Part shown: piece after piece, positions 12,422 through 24,600 of the stretch | Position numbering within the stretch: position 1 is the stretch's first letter | How the letters are laid out: each line of letters opens with the position of its first letter | Source of the DNA: Octopus sinensis | Lineage: Eukaryota | NCBI RefSeq assembly: GCF_006345805.1 | Contig: NC_043001.1 | Location: 108,996,001 to 109,060,000 of the forward strand | Length of the DNA: 64,000 nt | Reading direction: 5' to 3' | Program-made: the position numbers and the translations under genes | Notes under the pieces: model-generated | Databases searched by the model: none | The model's input: the letters and a program-made list of their open reading frames with translations, nothing else | Told to the model about the DNA's origin: nothing

Positions 12422-15400
12422 CTTGCCAACGTCAGAAGAAACATTATAAAAAAAAAAATTACTGACTGAAGTAGAGATTGATCAAGTTAGACAAGCAATA
12501 TCGGATAAAATGAACGAAGCTGCAGCTAGAGAAGATAATACAGAGAAAATAATTATAGACCAGCCCAGGGCTGATAAAAACGAAGTGAGGATTGAAAGAG
12601 TTAGTATAAGTGATAGGCAAAGTGAAATACTCCCTGAACCAATCATAAACACTAAGACAGATGAGCATCAACTAGATAAAGAAAGTCACACAAATATTGA
12701 CCCAACAGAACTACATGAGCTAAAAAATCAAATCATGATTTAATGGCTGAAAATTAAAGAAACCAACATGGATGAACGTGATACACTTCCTAAAATCCGC
12801 AACTCTAACCAAAACATGAAAATAATTGGTAAAATCCGGCTTGCACTTAAGGATATAATTTTAGCTAATGATGTTGATATCACAAACCTCAACCACCTAT
12901 ACTATGCATCCGCGAAAATCTCAACGATCCTATGTGGTGTAAAGATTAGAAAAGAGCAATATTCCCACAAAAAGCCTTCTTGGCAAGAGCGTCTGCAACA
13001 ACAAATTAAAATATTTAGATCTGACATTGAATATTTGAAAAACCTTAAGGCTCACAAGACTACCAAACCTACAAAACCCCCAAAATTACTGAAAAAATAC
13101 AATATGAAAACTATACTTGATATTGATGCCACCATAGAAACCATCAAACAAAAGGTATCTGCCAAAGCTGCCCGCATAGCGAGGTATGAAAAGCATGTTA
13201 GATTTTTCAAGGACAACAACATGTTCAAAAATAACACCAAGAATTTTTACAGGAAGATAGGAAAAACAGCGTTTACTGCAAGGTCTGTACCATCAACAGA
13301 AGAAGTGCAGGGATTTTGGAATAAAATCTGAGCAGAAGAAAAAACACACAACGAAAAGGCCCCCTGGATTGACAGAATATCTACAGAACTGGACCCCTTA
13401 GAAGAGCAAAAGTGGGAGGGAGTCAAGGTAGAGGATATAAGATCTGCTCTCAGGAGGTCAAGCAAATGGAAGTCTTCAGGAAAGGATAAAATTCCTAACT
13501 TCTGGCTGAATGCCTTCCCAGAGAGCCATGAACTGCTAACAGAACTGTACAATGATGTTTTGCAACACCCTAGTAGGATGCCTCCTTGGCTAGTTAATGG
13601 GTTAACATTCCTGCTTCCAAAAAGTGAAGAAACAAATGAACCAAAAAACTATAGACCCATAACCTGCTTAACAACTATGTACAAAACGCTAACATCTGTC
13701 CTGACGGAATATACCTATAGTTTTTTAACAGACAGCAGCATATTCCCTAATGAACAGAAAGGATGTAAACGTGGATCCTACGGCTGTAAAGACCAACTAC
13801 TCATCAATAAGATGATCTTAGAAGATTGTCACAAACGACACAGAAACTTATCAATAGCCTGGATAGACTATAAAAAGGCTTTTGATAGTCTACCACATAG
13901 CTGGATTAGGAAATGCCTGGAAATGTATAAGATAGCACCTACTCTGCGAAACTTCTTGACTGTAAGTATGAGATCATGGAGAACCACACTAACTCTGAAC
14001 AGTGACAATGAATCCCTAAATGCTGGTGATGTAAAAATTTCGTGTGGCATTTTCCAGGGTGACTCACTGTCACCACTCCTCTTCTGTTTAGCCTTAATAC
14101 CTCTCTCAAAGCTGCTCAATGACGCGCAGTACGGGTATAAAATGTTTGATAAAAATATAAATCATCTCATTTACATGGATGATTTAAAGCTCTTTGCAAA
14201 AAATGACCAACAACTCAAGGGCTTACTAGCGATAGTCAAACAATTCAGTGACGACATCAGAATGCAATTCGGCCTCGATAAATGTGCAAAAGCTACCTTT
14301 ATCAAAGGAAAAATGACAGAAACATCTAACGTTAACCTTGACCAGCAGAATGTCATAAAAGAACTAGACCCAGCGGAGAGCTACAAGTACCTAGAGGTAA
14401 TTGAAGGGAACGGAATAAGGCATTCAGAGATGAAGGAAAGGATTAGGAGAGAATGCTATCGAAGAGTGAGAGCAATACTCAAGACAGAGCTGAATGCAAG
14501 AAACAGGATCGAAGCGATCAATGCATTAGCCATACCAGTCGTGACTTACAGTTTCAATATTGTTAACTGGTCAATTACTGAAATATGTCAGCTCGACAGA
14601 AAAATAAGGAAACTGTTGACAATGCATAGAATGCACCACCCTAAGGCAGATACAGAACGACTCTATCTGCCAAGAAAAGAGGGAGGCCGTGGTCTTTTGC
14701 AACTGACAATAACAATGAAGATTGCTACAATTGGCCTAGACACCTACCTGAAAAACTCTGAGGACTGGATGTTAAAACTTGTCTCAAAACATGAAAACAA
14801 GAAAGCATCATACTCAGTCACAAAACAGGCAAAGGAATATCTAAGTGAATTCCGAATACAACCAATTTCGGAATTAGAGATAGACATACAAGAAATAAGC
14901 ACAGAAAAAGCTAGGCGCATAAAAACCCATGCCAAAACTGCGGCCTTAGATATTCTGAATGATAAATGGCAAGAAAAACCTCTCTATGGCAAATACCCAA
15001 AGAGAGCGAATAATGCAGATATCGGCAAAGCCCTGACCCATCAATGGCTAATGGCCTCTGGCTTAAAATCTGAAACAGAGGGGTTTATCATAGCAGCTCA
15101 AGATCAATGCCTACCAACAAGAAACTACCAGGCCAACATATTAAAGAACGGCAGTAGCCCAACATGTCGTGTATGCCGACAACAAAATGAAACCATTGAT
15201 CATGTTGTCTCCAAATGCAGTCTTCTAGCGCCTACAGAGTACCTCAACAGGCATGATAGAGCTGCACAATATATTCACTGGGTAATTTGCAAAAACCTGG
15301 ATTTGCCCCATGAAAAAAACTGGTGGGAACACAATGCACCTCCAGTGCTTGAAAATGACCACATCTCACTTCTCTGGAACTTCACCATTCAAACTGACAG

Positions 15401-15956
15401 GAAGATAGATGCAAATAGGTCAAACATCATATTGAAAGACTTCAGACAAAGAACATGCCTCCTCATTGATATGACTGTCGCAATCGATATAAACGTATCT
15501 GTCAAAACCTACCAAAAACTGAGCAAATATAAAGATCTTGAAATAGAAATTAGCAAAATGTGGAAGCTGAAGACTAAAACAATACCTGTTGTCATAGGTG
15601 CCCTGGGAATGATAGCGAAAGGGACTGATTGCTACCTAACTCAGATACCAGGAAACCCCCAAATGGTAGAAATTCAAAAGATAGTGCTCATGGGAACTGC
15701 TCATATCCTACGCAAAATACTCTCTATGTAATCCCAAAGTTTAAAACAAACTTTTTTTTATTTTATTTATTTATTTATTTATTTATATTTTTTTAATTTA
15801 ATTTTATTTTTATGTATTAGACATTCACTAGTACAGCACCAAAAAAAACACCCCCCCCCAAATATATGGCACAGAACTTCCAACCTGTTGTCTCTTGAGG
15901 TCTCTGGGTGAGACTTGGAGCCAACTTGTACAGACATAAAGCAAAAGTCAAACATA

Positions 15957-15957
<1 letters not shown>
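12418..15957 (+). mobile_element. R4/Dong-clade non-LTR retrotransposon (copy 1), near full length
   Basis: Flanked on both sides by (AAT)n. Single RT+RLE reading frame. The 3' UTR ends ...AACATAG|AATAAT. Confidence 0.9.
12460..15731 (+). pseudogene. RT + CCHC finger + restriction-like endonuclease polyprotein, disabled
   Basis: ORFs 12510-12743, 12768-13331 and 13560-15731 share one frame, separated by nonsense codons. Motifs: NYRPITCL, WIDYKKAFDS, GIFQGDSLSPLLF, YMDDLKLF, CRVC..ETIDHVVSKC, RHD, KLSKYKDL. The RLE PD motif reads SN (NRSNII). Confidence 0.92.
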
Positions 15958-16010
<53 letters not shown>

Positions 16011-16033
16011 TGATAATAATAATAATAATAATG

Positions 16034-16065
<32 letters not shown>

Positions 16066-16066
<1 letters not shown>

Positions 16067-16782
16067 TGATTGAAACAGTGGACCACCTAATCTCTGGATG
16101 TAAAGTCTTAGCACCAGTGGAGTATAAATTAAGACATGACAGAGTTGGCCAATATCTCCACTGGCTAATAAGTTGGCATTACAATATCAAAACTGCCGAC
16201 AAGTGGTATAATCACCACCCTGAGGCTGTAACTGAAGGAGAAAATGTAACCATTCTGTGGGACTTTCCAGTACATACAGACCGAACCATCAAGGCCAATA
16301 AACCAGATATTGTTGTGAAGACCAAAACAGTAAAGTTTGCTTATTGATCGACATGAGCATCCCCTGTGATCATAATATCTCAGCGAAAGAGTTTGACAAG
16401 CTCAGAAAATATAAAGACCTACTCATTGAAATTGAGAAAATGTGGCATCTCAAGGCGGTTACAATACCAGTGATCGTAGGAGCACTAGGAATGATCAAGA
16501 AGGGAACCGAAAATTATATGAGAATGATCCCTGGCTTACCATCCCTGCAAGAAGTGCAAAAAATTGTCTTAACTGGTACATCACACGTATTGAGAAGAGC
16601 ATTGTCGATGTGAGAACTGTTGCTGCTCATGTATTTTAATTTAACTAAAAAAAAAAAAAAAAAAAAATGAACGAACTACTGTTGGTTTAATGGCCTACCA
16701 ATGTATACTATGAGTTTCTTTGCCCTAGGAGTCGGGAAGACACTCGGCAAGAAATGGAAGCAAATTTGAAAGAAGAAAAAAA

Positions 16783-16784
<2 letters not shown>
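16066..16784 (+). mobile_element. R4/Dong element (copy 2), 5'-truncated: RLE domain plus 3' UTR
   Basis: ETVDHLISGC, RHDRVG, NKPDIVVK, KYKDL..EIEKMW, frameshifted. Lies between (AAT)n arrays. Confidence 0.9.
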
Positions 16785-16840
<56 letters not shown>

Positions 16841-16879
16841 CAACAACAATAACAACACCACAACAACAATAATAATAAC

Positions 16880-16923
<44 letters not shown>

Positions 16924-16950
16924 GAAGAAGAAGAAGAAGAAGAAGAAGAA

Positions 16951-19044
16951 ACTCTTATGGGTGCAAAGACATTTGCTCATAAACAGAATGATTGTAGAGA
17001 ATTGCCGGAGCAAAAACAAAAACCTGAGTATGGCATGGATAGACTACAAGAAAGCATATGACAGTGTCCCACATAAATGGATACTCAAGGCCCTTGAGAT
17101 ATACAAGATCTCTCCTGTCGTCTCAAAATTCTTAGAGAATAACATGACCATGTGGAACACACGTCTCTTTCTAAGCCATAGTAATGGGATGAGCCAGTCC
17201 AACAGCATCAACATCGAACGAGGCATCTTTCAAGGTGACTCCCTCTCTCCATTACTTTTTTGCATGGCACTGATCCCACTCTCAAACGAATTGGATAGTA
17301 CCAGATATGGGTACAAAGTTTTTAGTAAGTCAATAAACCACCTTTTCTATATGGACGACCTAAAGCTGTTTGCCAGGAATGACCAAGAGCTAGAAGGGCT
17401 GCTAACAACTGTTAAAGAGTTTAGCAATGATATCGGAATGGATTTTGGCCTTGATAAGTGTGCTAAAGCAACTTTTGTAAGAGGCAAACTCAGGCAAACA
17501 GCTTCTGTTAAATTAGATATTGACACTACCATCAAGGAACTTGACCCACAAGAAAGTTACAAATACCTAGGAATCAACGAAGGAGATGGTATACATCATG
17601 CTACTATGAAGGAAAAAATAAGAAAGGAATACTATAGGAGAATAAGGCTTGTACTGAAGACTGAACTCAACTCCAAAAATTGCATTGAGGCCATTAACAC
17701 CCTGGCACTTCCAGCAGTCCAGTACAGTTTTAACATCATTAACTGGAACCTTACGGAACTCCAACGCTTGGACAGGAAGGCAAGAAAATTACTGACATCC
17801 AAGAACATGCACCACCCAAGGCAGATGTAGACCGCCTGTACCTACCTAGAAGCAGCGGGGGAAGAGGAATGATGCAATTAGAGCTGTGCTATAAGACCTC
17901 TACTGTAGGAATGAACAGGTACCTATCTAGTACAAAGGACTGGATGCTGCGACTTGTGTGCGAACACGAAAGCAGCAAAAAGCTGCATTCTATTGTCAAG
18001 GAAGCTTATAAATTCGAAAGGGAACTAGACATTAACCTTGAATCAGATGAAGAGCCGGAAACCACTGCTACCAAGCAAGCAAAGCGAATCAAGCAGACTG
18101 CAAAAAAGAACGGGCAGAATCAAATTGAGAGGCGGTGGAGCCAGAAGCCCCTGCATGGACAATATATTCTCCGAAGCCAAAATGCTGATGTAGACCAAGC
18201 AACAACCCATCAGTGGCTGAAGAGTTCTGGATTGAAAGCAGAGACTGAAGGCTTCATACTGGCAGCACAAGATCAAAGCTTGTTTATCAGAAATTACCAG
18301 GCTAACGTTCTCCAAAACGGTACTGACCCTAAATGCAGATTCTGCGACACATTTGACGAAACAATAGACCACCTCATTTCGGGATGTCCTGTGCTGACAC
18401 CAAACGAATACAAAAATCGCCACGATAGGGTAGGACAGTATATACATTGGAAGATATGTAAACACTACAAATTCGGCACTCCTGCTAACTGGTATGAACA
18501 CCATCCTCAGCCAGTTGTTGAAGGTAAAGATGTCACCATCCTCTGGGATTTTCCAGTCAACACTGACAGAACGATCAAGGCTAATCGACCAGACATAATT
18601 GTTAAAGACATGAAGAAAATACCTGCAGACTAATAGAGGTAAGCGTCCCCACTGATAAAAATGTATCTGTAAAGGAATTTGACAAACTTAGTAAATATAA
18701 GGACCTGGAAATCGAAATACAAAAGATGTGGAATCTTAAAACAAAAACTGTTCCTGTTATTGTAGGTGCCCTAGGTATGATAAAAAAGGGATGTCAGAAA
18801 CACCTAGATAATATCCCAGGAGAACCATGTCTTAAGGAAATCCAAAAGATTGTGCTCACAAGTACTGCCCACATCCTTAGAAAAACCCTATCAATGTAAA
18901 TGTTTGTTTGTATTACATGGAGATATTTCCCTACTTCCCCTCCCCAAGCTTTCAGCTATATTTCAACAACTCTTAACCTTCACTTGCCCTAGGGCGCTGG
19001 GTGTGCCCCGGCAAGTGATTGCATCAAACATGGAGATTAAAAGT
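16951..19044 (+). mobile_element. R4/Dong element (copy 3), 5'-truncated RT-RLE with two frameshifts
   Basis: WIDYKKAYDS, GIFQGDSLSPLLF, YMDDLKLF, CRFC..ETIDHLISGC, RHD, RPDIIVKD. The last segment ends ILRKTLSM* near 18899. Followed by (AAT)n. Confidence 0.92.
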
Positions 19045-19055
19045 AAATGACAATG

Positions 19056-19139
<84 letters not shown>

Positions 19140-19143
<4 letters not shown>

Positions 19144-19481
19144 CAACGTGTCTCTAAAAGAAATGGAGAAACTCTCAAAATACAAAGACCTGGAAATAGA
19201 GGTAACTAGAATGTGGAATCTGAAAACAGAAACAATTCCTATCATAGTAGGTGCATTAGGCATGATAAAAGAATATTCAGACAAATACATAACAAAAACA
19301 CCAGGACTTACAAACACATATAACATACAGAAAATTGCACTACTAGGCACTGCACACATCCTACGCAGAACACTTTCCATACAATAACCATCAGAGCATC
19401 ACAACAAATCACAGCACATACCCAAGGCACACAGAGCTGCGCTCGGTAGTGAAGTGAAAGCACGCTATAAAAATAAAACTA

Positions 19482-19484
<3 letters not shown>
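19140..19484 (+). mobile_element. R4/Dong element (copy 4), RLE C-terminus plus 3' UTR
   Basis: KLSKYKDLEIEVTRMW...IVGALG...LLGTAHILRRTLSIQ*. Ends ACTACTG|AATAAT. Same subfamily as 51500-51799. Confidence 0.9.
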
Positions 19485-19543
<59 letters not shown>

Positions 19544-19551
19544 TAATAATA

Positions 19552-20010
19552 AATGCTCTGATGCAGTACCAGGCAGTGGCTCTCATAGCTTCTGATCTTC
19601 ACTGATTGGAAGTGTTATCACATACATTGCTTTGTCTTGGTATAAAAGATGGGCTACAGTAGATATTCTGCTTAATACCACAGATTTGCTTGTCAGTTGT
19701 TTGACCTTAACCAGTTGAGCCTGCCCCCTGGTGGATGATGATGATATGTGCATCTCTGATAACGAGCAAAAGTAGTTGGGAAGCATCAAAGCCATGTATT
19801 GAGAGGAATTCTTTGGGGTTTGGATAATTCACCCTTGGAAACATGGGTGTTTCGTTCATCATCATTAAACAAACCATATTGAGGGACCATTTGAGCGGGA
19901 TGGGTTACTCGACCAGAAGAAAATTGTAACTGGGCCCCACCTGCAAGGTCATGCGCTGCTTATCTTAGTATGATATCACCATGTCGCGCACATATGGTTA
20001 TGATGCATGT
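19552..20010 (-). mobile_element. Unclassified interspersed repeat ending in an (ATT)n tail
   Basis: Non-coding and more GC-rich than its flanks. The minus-strand 3' end runs into (ATT)n. I recall it as an abundant octopus repeat; single copy here. Confidence 0.45.
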
Positions 20011-20227
20011 ACCCTGATATAGATTCCATTGTAAGGAATATACTGAATATACTGAAGCAAGCCGAAAAGGCTTGTCAAAATATACGACGTTCATCTTATA
20101 TTGTTTATATTTTGAAATCCTTTCCGCAGGATCCGCTCGTGATGCATTCGTTTTACAATTTTATTTCTTCGAAACCCTGTATAGAGTTAGTCTATTTCAA
20201 CGTTATATTTTCGTAGCTTTTACTTAT

Positions 20228-20590
20228 ACTTGTTTCAGCCATAAGACAGCGGCCATGCTGGGGCACCGCCTTAAATTTCTACTCGAATGACTCGACCCCT
20301 GTATTACTTTTTAAGCCTTATTCTGTCAGTCTTTTAGGTCGAACCGCTAAGTTATGGGGGATGCAAACTGGCCAACACCAGTTGTCAAGCGGTCATAGGG
20401 GAGGATGGCACAAACGCAGACAAAAAACACACATACACACACAAACACACACATACACACACTCATATATATACGACGACCCGATCCTATATCAAGAAAC
20501 AATATCTTGTCTAAGGTTCCACGCAGTAGAACTGAACCCGGAACCATGTGGTTGGGAACCAAACGTGTGACCACACCAACGCATTCGCCT
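20228..20590 (-). mobile_element. SINE family A, near full length
   Basis: Tail, body, internal (CA)n and head all match the other family A copies. Confidence 0.85.
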
Positions 20591-20763
20591 CACAGCCACT
20601 TTTGCACCTTACAGCCACGCCTGCACCTCACATCCGCGCCTGCGCCTCACTGCCATGCTGGCATCTCACAGCCACACCTGCGCTTCACTGCCACGCCTGT
20701 GCCTCACAGTCACGTCTGCACCGCATAGTCATGTTTGCGCCTCACAGCAACGCCTAAGCCTCA
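20586..20763. repeat. 19-bp minisatellite (GCGCCTCACAGCCACGCCT-like), about 9 units
   Basis: Degenerate tandem units directly continue the SINE head and resemble its terminal CACAGCC...GCGCC. Confidence 0.85.
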
Positions 20764-20938
20764 TAAACACTTCCAGTCTCTGACATCTTAAGGTTCTATA
20801 TGTATAGCCCTTTATAAAGCTAAATGCTTTTAAATTTACTGTATTTAGAATGGTCGATTCTTAAAGGTATAATTGTTGTGATGATCTGTCTAAAGGTAGG
20901 AACGTATTAAGCCTTTGTAGCTAATAATAAAATGCCTT

Positions 20939-21004
<66 letters not shown>

Positions 21005-21645
21005 GTACGTGTGTGTGTGGTTGTGTGCATGTTCGTATCAATGCTATATATATGTGTGCATATGTATATATTCAATCACACAGAAGTATTACCATAAGCC
21101 GGCTTTCTTCATCAAAAGAAATATGGTAAAATTATATACATAAATGTATGTATTTATACATGTATTTGAGTATATATATATAGTCAATTCGAGGAAGTGA
21201 GTGCCACATTAGGGATTATATGATCCAAAATGTTCCACTGGTTTAATCAATCACGATCATATAAATCGATAGACTCTGCGATATGTTGGAGATTATTGTA
21301 GTATTACACATTATCGATATTGAAGGAAAGAAAATAGACGTATGAATATAATTTATTTGTATGATATAAAGATGTTGAATTTTTTTAAAAACACAATTGA
21401 GATAAATTATAACTTGTAATCACTCATTCAAAAAGAAAATGAGTGATTTGGAAAAACAAACCTACATATATGATTCAGTTGTAGCCCTTAGTTGATATGC
21501 AATTCTAGGCATTTGGTTATGTTTTAGGAAAGGTATATGGGGCAGAACATCTTCAGGGTTATTATGAGCTTATAGAAGGTTAACAAGTTTCTTTCAAGAG
21601 TTCATACAGAATATATTATATATATATATATATATATTATATATT

Positions 21646-21689
<44 letters not shown>

Positions 21690-21692
21690 TAT

Positions 21693-24600
21693 ATATTTAA
21701 AAAAGGAGATGTGGAACACGAGTTGTGGTATATAAAAAAGGAAATGAAGAAAATGCTGACAAAATAATTTAAGTAATTTAAGTAATTTAATTAGGTGCAA
21801 GTTCTTTTTACCGGTTGCGCATTTGTTATGCTTATCAAAAGATTAGAGTTCCTTTCTGATAGATTTTTTCCTCTTATCTGACTTTATGTTGGGTTTGCTG
21901 TCTCTTATATGTGAAAAAAGAGGCTCCAGAGTTGTTTAAGATTTGCTTGGTTTCGCGCCTAAAATTTCTTCTGGACAATGGTCAATACAATTTTGATTGG
22001 TCAATATGAAGGGGTCACGTGAATGTTTGAATGGAAGTTGGTGTTGGGGTAAGAAAAAAGGCTCCAGAGAAGTTAAAATTTGGCTAGTGTCGCGCCTAAA
22101 ATTTCTTATTGGTCATAATAAGGAGGTCACGTGGATGTGGTCATAATAGAGAGGTCACGTGAATGTTTAGAATTTTCGAAAATAGCGTTGTTGAAAATTC
22201 TTATTGTTCAGGCTGGTCAGTAGACGTCATGTGGATATTTTAAATAGCTTTTTAGCGTGTAGTTAGGGAGTGTATTTTCCGCTTGACTGAATTTGAGCTG
22301 GATAAATAAGTTCGTTTAGGACAGGAAGAGCTATATGTATGTATGTGTGCGCGCGCGCGCGTGTGTGTGTTTACATGTATGTTGGGGCGCGCGCCCGTGT
22401 ATATATGTGTGCGTGTGTGGGTACAATTTTCAATATTTATAGTTCTGCTGGCCTTGTGCCTGTATCGGGAAGCAACGTGTTTGTGTGAAGTCAATATTTA
22501 CAGTCATTTCCAAAAAATAGTGTTGGATGTTTTGCACCCGTTTCCAATTATGTGTATGTGTGGAACCATATATTTGCGTGTGTCATGGTGTTAATATCTG
22601 GTTAAAAGTGTGTCTAGGGTGTGTGCAGGTGTAAGTGTGTTTGTTGTGGGTTCGTGTTAGGGGGATGTGTTTAGAAGTGGTCTGTATTTATTAATAAGGT
22701 GGGATTCCATGGTTATTCGCTGGGTATGAGTGGCATTGTCTTTAAATTTGTAGAGGGGAAAGATTCTAAAATTGGGATGAAGTTGTGCGGCACAGGTATC
22801 AATATGTGCACTAAGTGCTATTTTTCTGTATTCCTGTATTTTTATTTGGGATCTGTGGACAGTCATGCGTTGGCGGAGGCTATTTTTAGTTTGGCCTATG
22901 TAGTGTTCATTACAGCCCGAGCAAGTTAAGACATATACTAGGTTTTCTGATGCGCATGTGAAGTTGCGTTTTACTGTGAAACGTTGTCCTTGTTTAAAAA
23001 GGAATTCCGGACATTCTATTAGGTTGATGCATATACCACAGTTGGGTCTATTGCATTTGTTTACTGTGGGTTTAGTTGTTGTGGTTGGCAGTACTTTGGT
23101 ATTTGTTAGGATGGTTTTCAATGATTTGGGTTACCTTTTGCTCTTTATGATTTCGTGTGTTAGGAGGATTTGGTTCATTCTATAGTCCTTTTTTAATACA
23201 GGAATGTTCTGGAGGATGGTGTCAAAAGCTTCATTGTTGAGGGGGTTGTGTGTAGAGATATATGGTAGAGTATGGGGTTTCGGTGTAACAGATTTAGGGC
23301 GTCTAAGTTCCTGTGTGCTGAGTTTTAGGGCGCGATGGATCCCATTGTCAATTAGTGACGTGGGGTAATCCCTGCTTGTTAATGTGTCCTTGAGTTCTTG
23401 TAGATGTAAGAGACGGGTGTTTTTATTGGAGACTATAGTGCAAATTCTCTTGGCTAAGTTGTAGGGAATGTTAATTTTAACGTGTCTAAGGTGGCATGAA
23501 TTGAAAGGGAGGTATTGCTTGGAGTATGTGGGCTTGTAGTATATGTCTGTTTCTATTCTTTTGTTGTGAATTTTAATGAGGATGTCGAGGAAGGGAATTT
23601 GTTGAGGGCTGTATTCCATTGTGAAAATAATGTTTGTGTTGAGCCCATTTATAAGGGTGTGAAATTCTTTAAGCTTCTCGACGGTTTCGGGCCAAAGGAT
23701 GAAGCAGTCATCAAGATATCTCTTCCAGTTCTTCTCTATGTGTGTGTGAAGAGTGGTGCCAAATTGGTTAAGAACGTTATTATAGAGGGTGATTTCCAGG
23801 TATCCCATGACTAGGTTGGCGTAAGTGGGAGCTGTTTTCGTTCCCATTGCCGTCCCTGATTTCTGTCTGTAGAATTTGTTGTTGAAGGTGAAGAAATTAT
23901 TCTCTAAAATGAATTTGAGTCCTAAAATAAATTCCTTTTTGATGCGGTGTGGGAGTTTGTTGGAGTAATTATCCAGCCAGAATTGGATAGCTTCTATTCC
24001 TAGGTTGTGGGGGATGTTGGAGTAAAGATTAACTACATCGAATGTTACTAGCAGGGTTTGTTCAGCAAGAAGTGTATTGGGGAGGTGGTTGAGCATATCT
24101 AGATCGTCCCTTATGTAGCTTTTAATGTGTTTGAGGAACGGATTGAGAAGGGTATCAATGAAGTTGCTAAGGCGGTGGGTTTCGCAAGCGGGACCTGCTA
24201 TTAGGTCTCAATTTGAGGTCATTTGGTGAGGGGACATTGATTACAGAGTTTGTGGCTTCCTTGCATGCCTTACTTATTAATTCACTTTTATGAATTTTGG
24301 GAATACCGTAGAAGAGGCTGGTTTTACTAGTGAAATTTGTGATGAAGTTGAATTCTTTGTTAGTGAGTTCTTCTTTGTGGGGGTTGATCAGGGTTTTTAA
24401 GTTTCTCATAATTTTCTGTTGATTGTAGTGTTCAGCCTTTTCGTAATATGTTCCATTTTCCAAGGTGGAGAGTGCTAAGTTGATATAGTATTCTGTTTCA
24501 ATTAAGACTACTGCACTTCCTTTATCGGCCACTTTAATGGTGATAGATCTTTCATTTTTTAATTTGTTTAATTCTTCCAACTCTTTCTTGTTGAGGTTTG

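Noticed and set aside
19860-19950. HDV-like ribozyme in the unclassified repeat
   Set aside because: A P3-like hairpin is imperfect in this copy and no P2 partner or catalytic C junction could be built.
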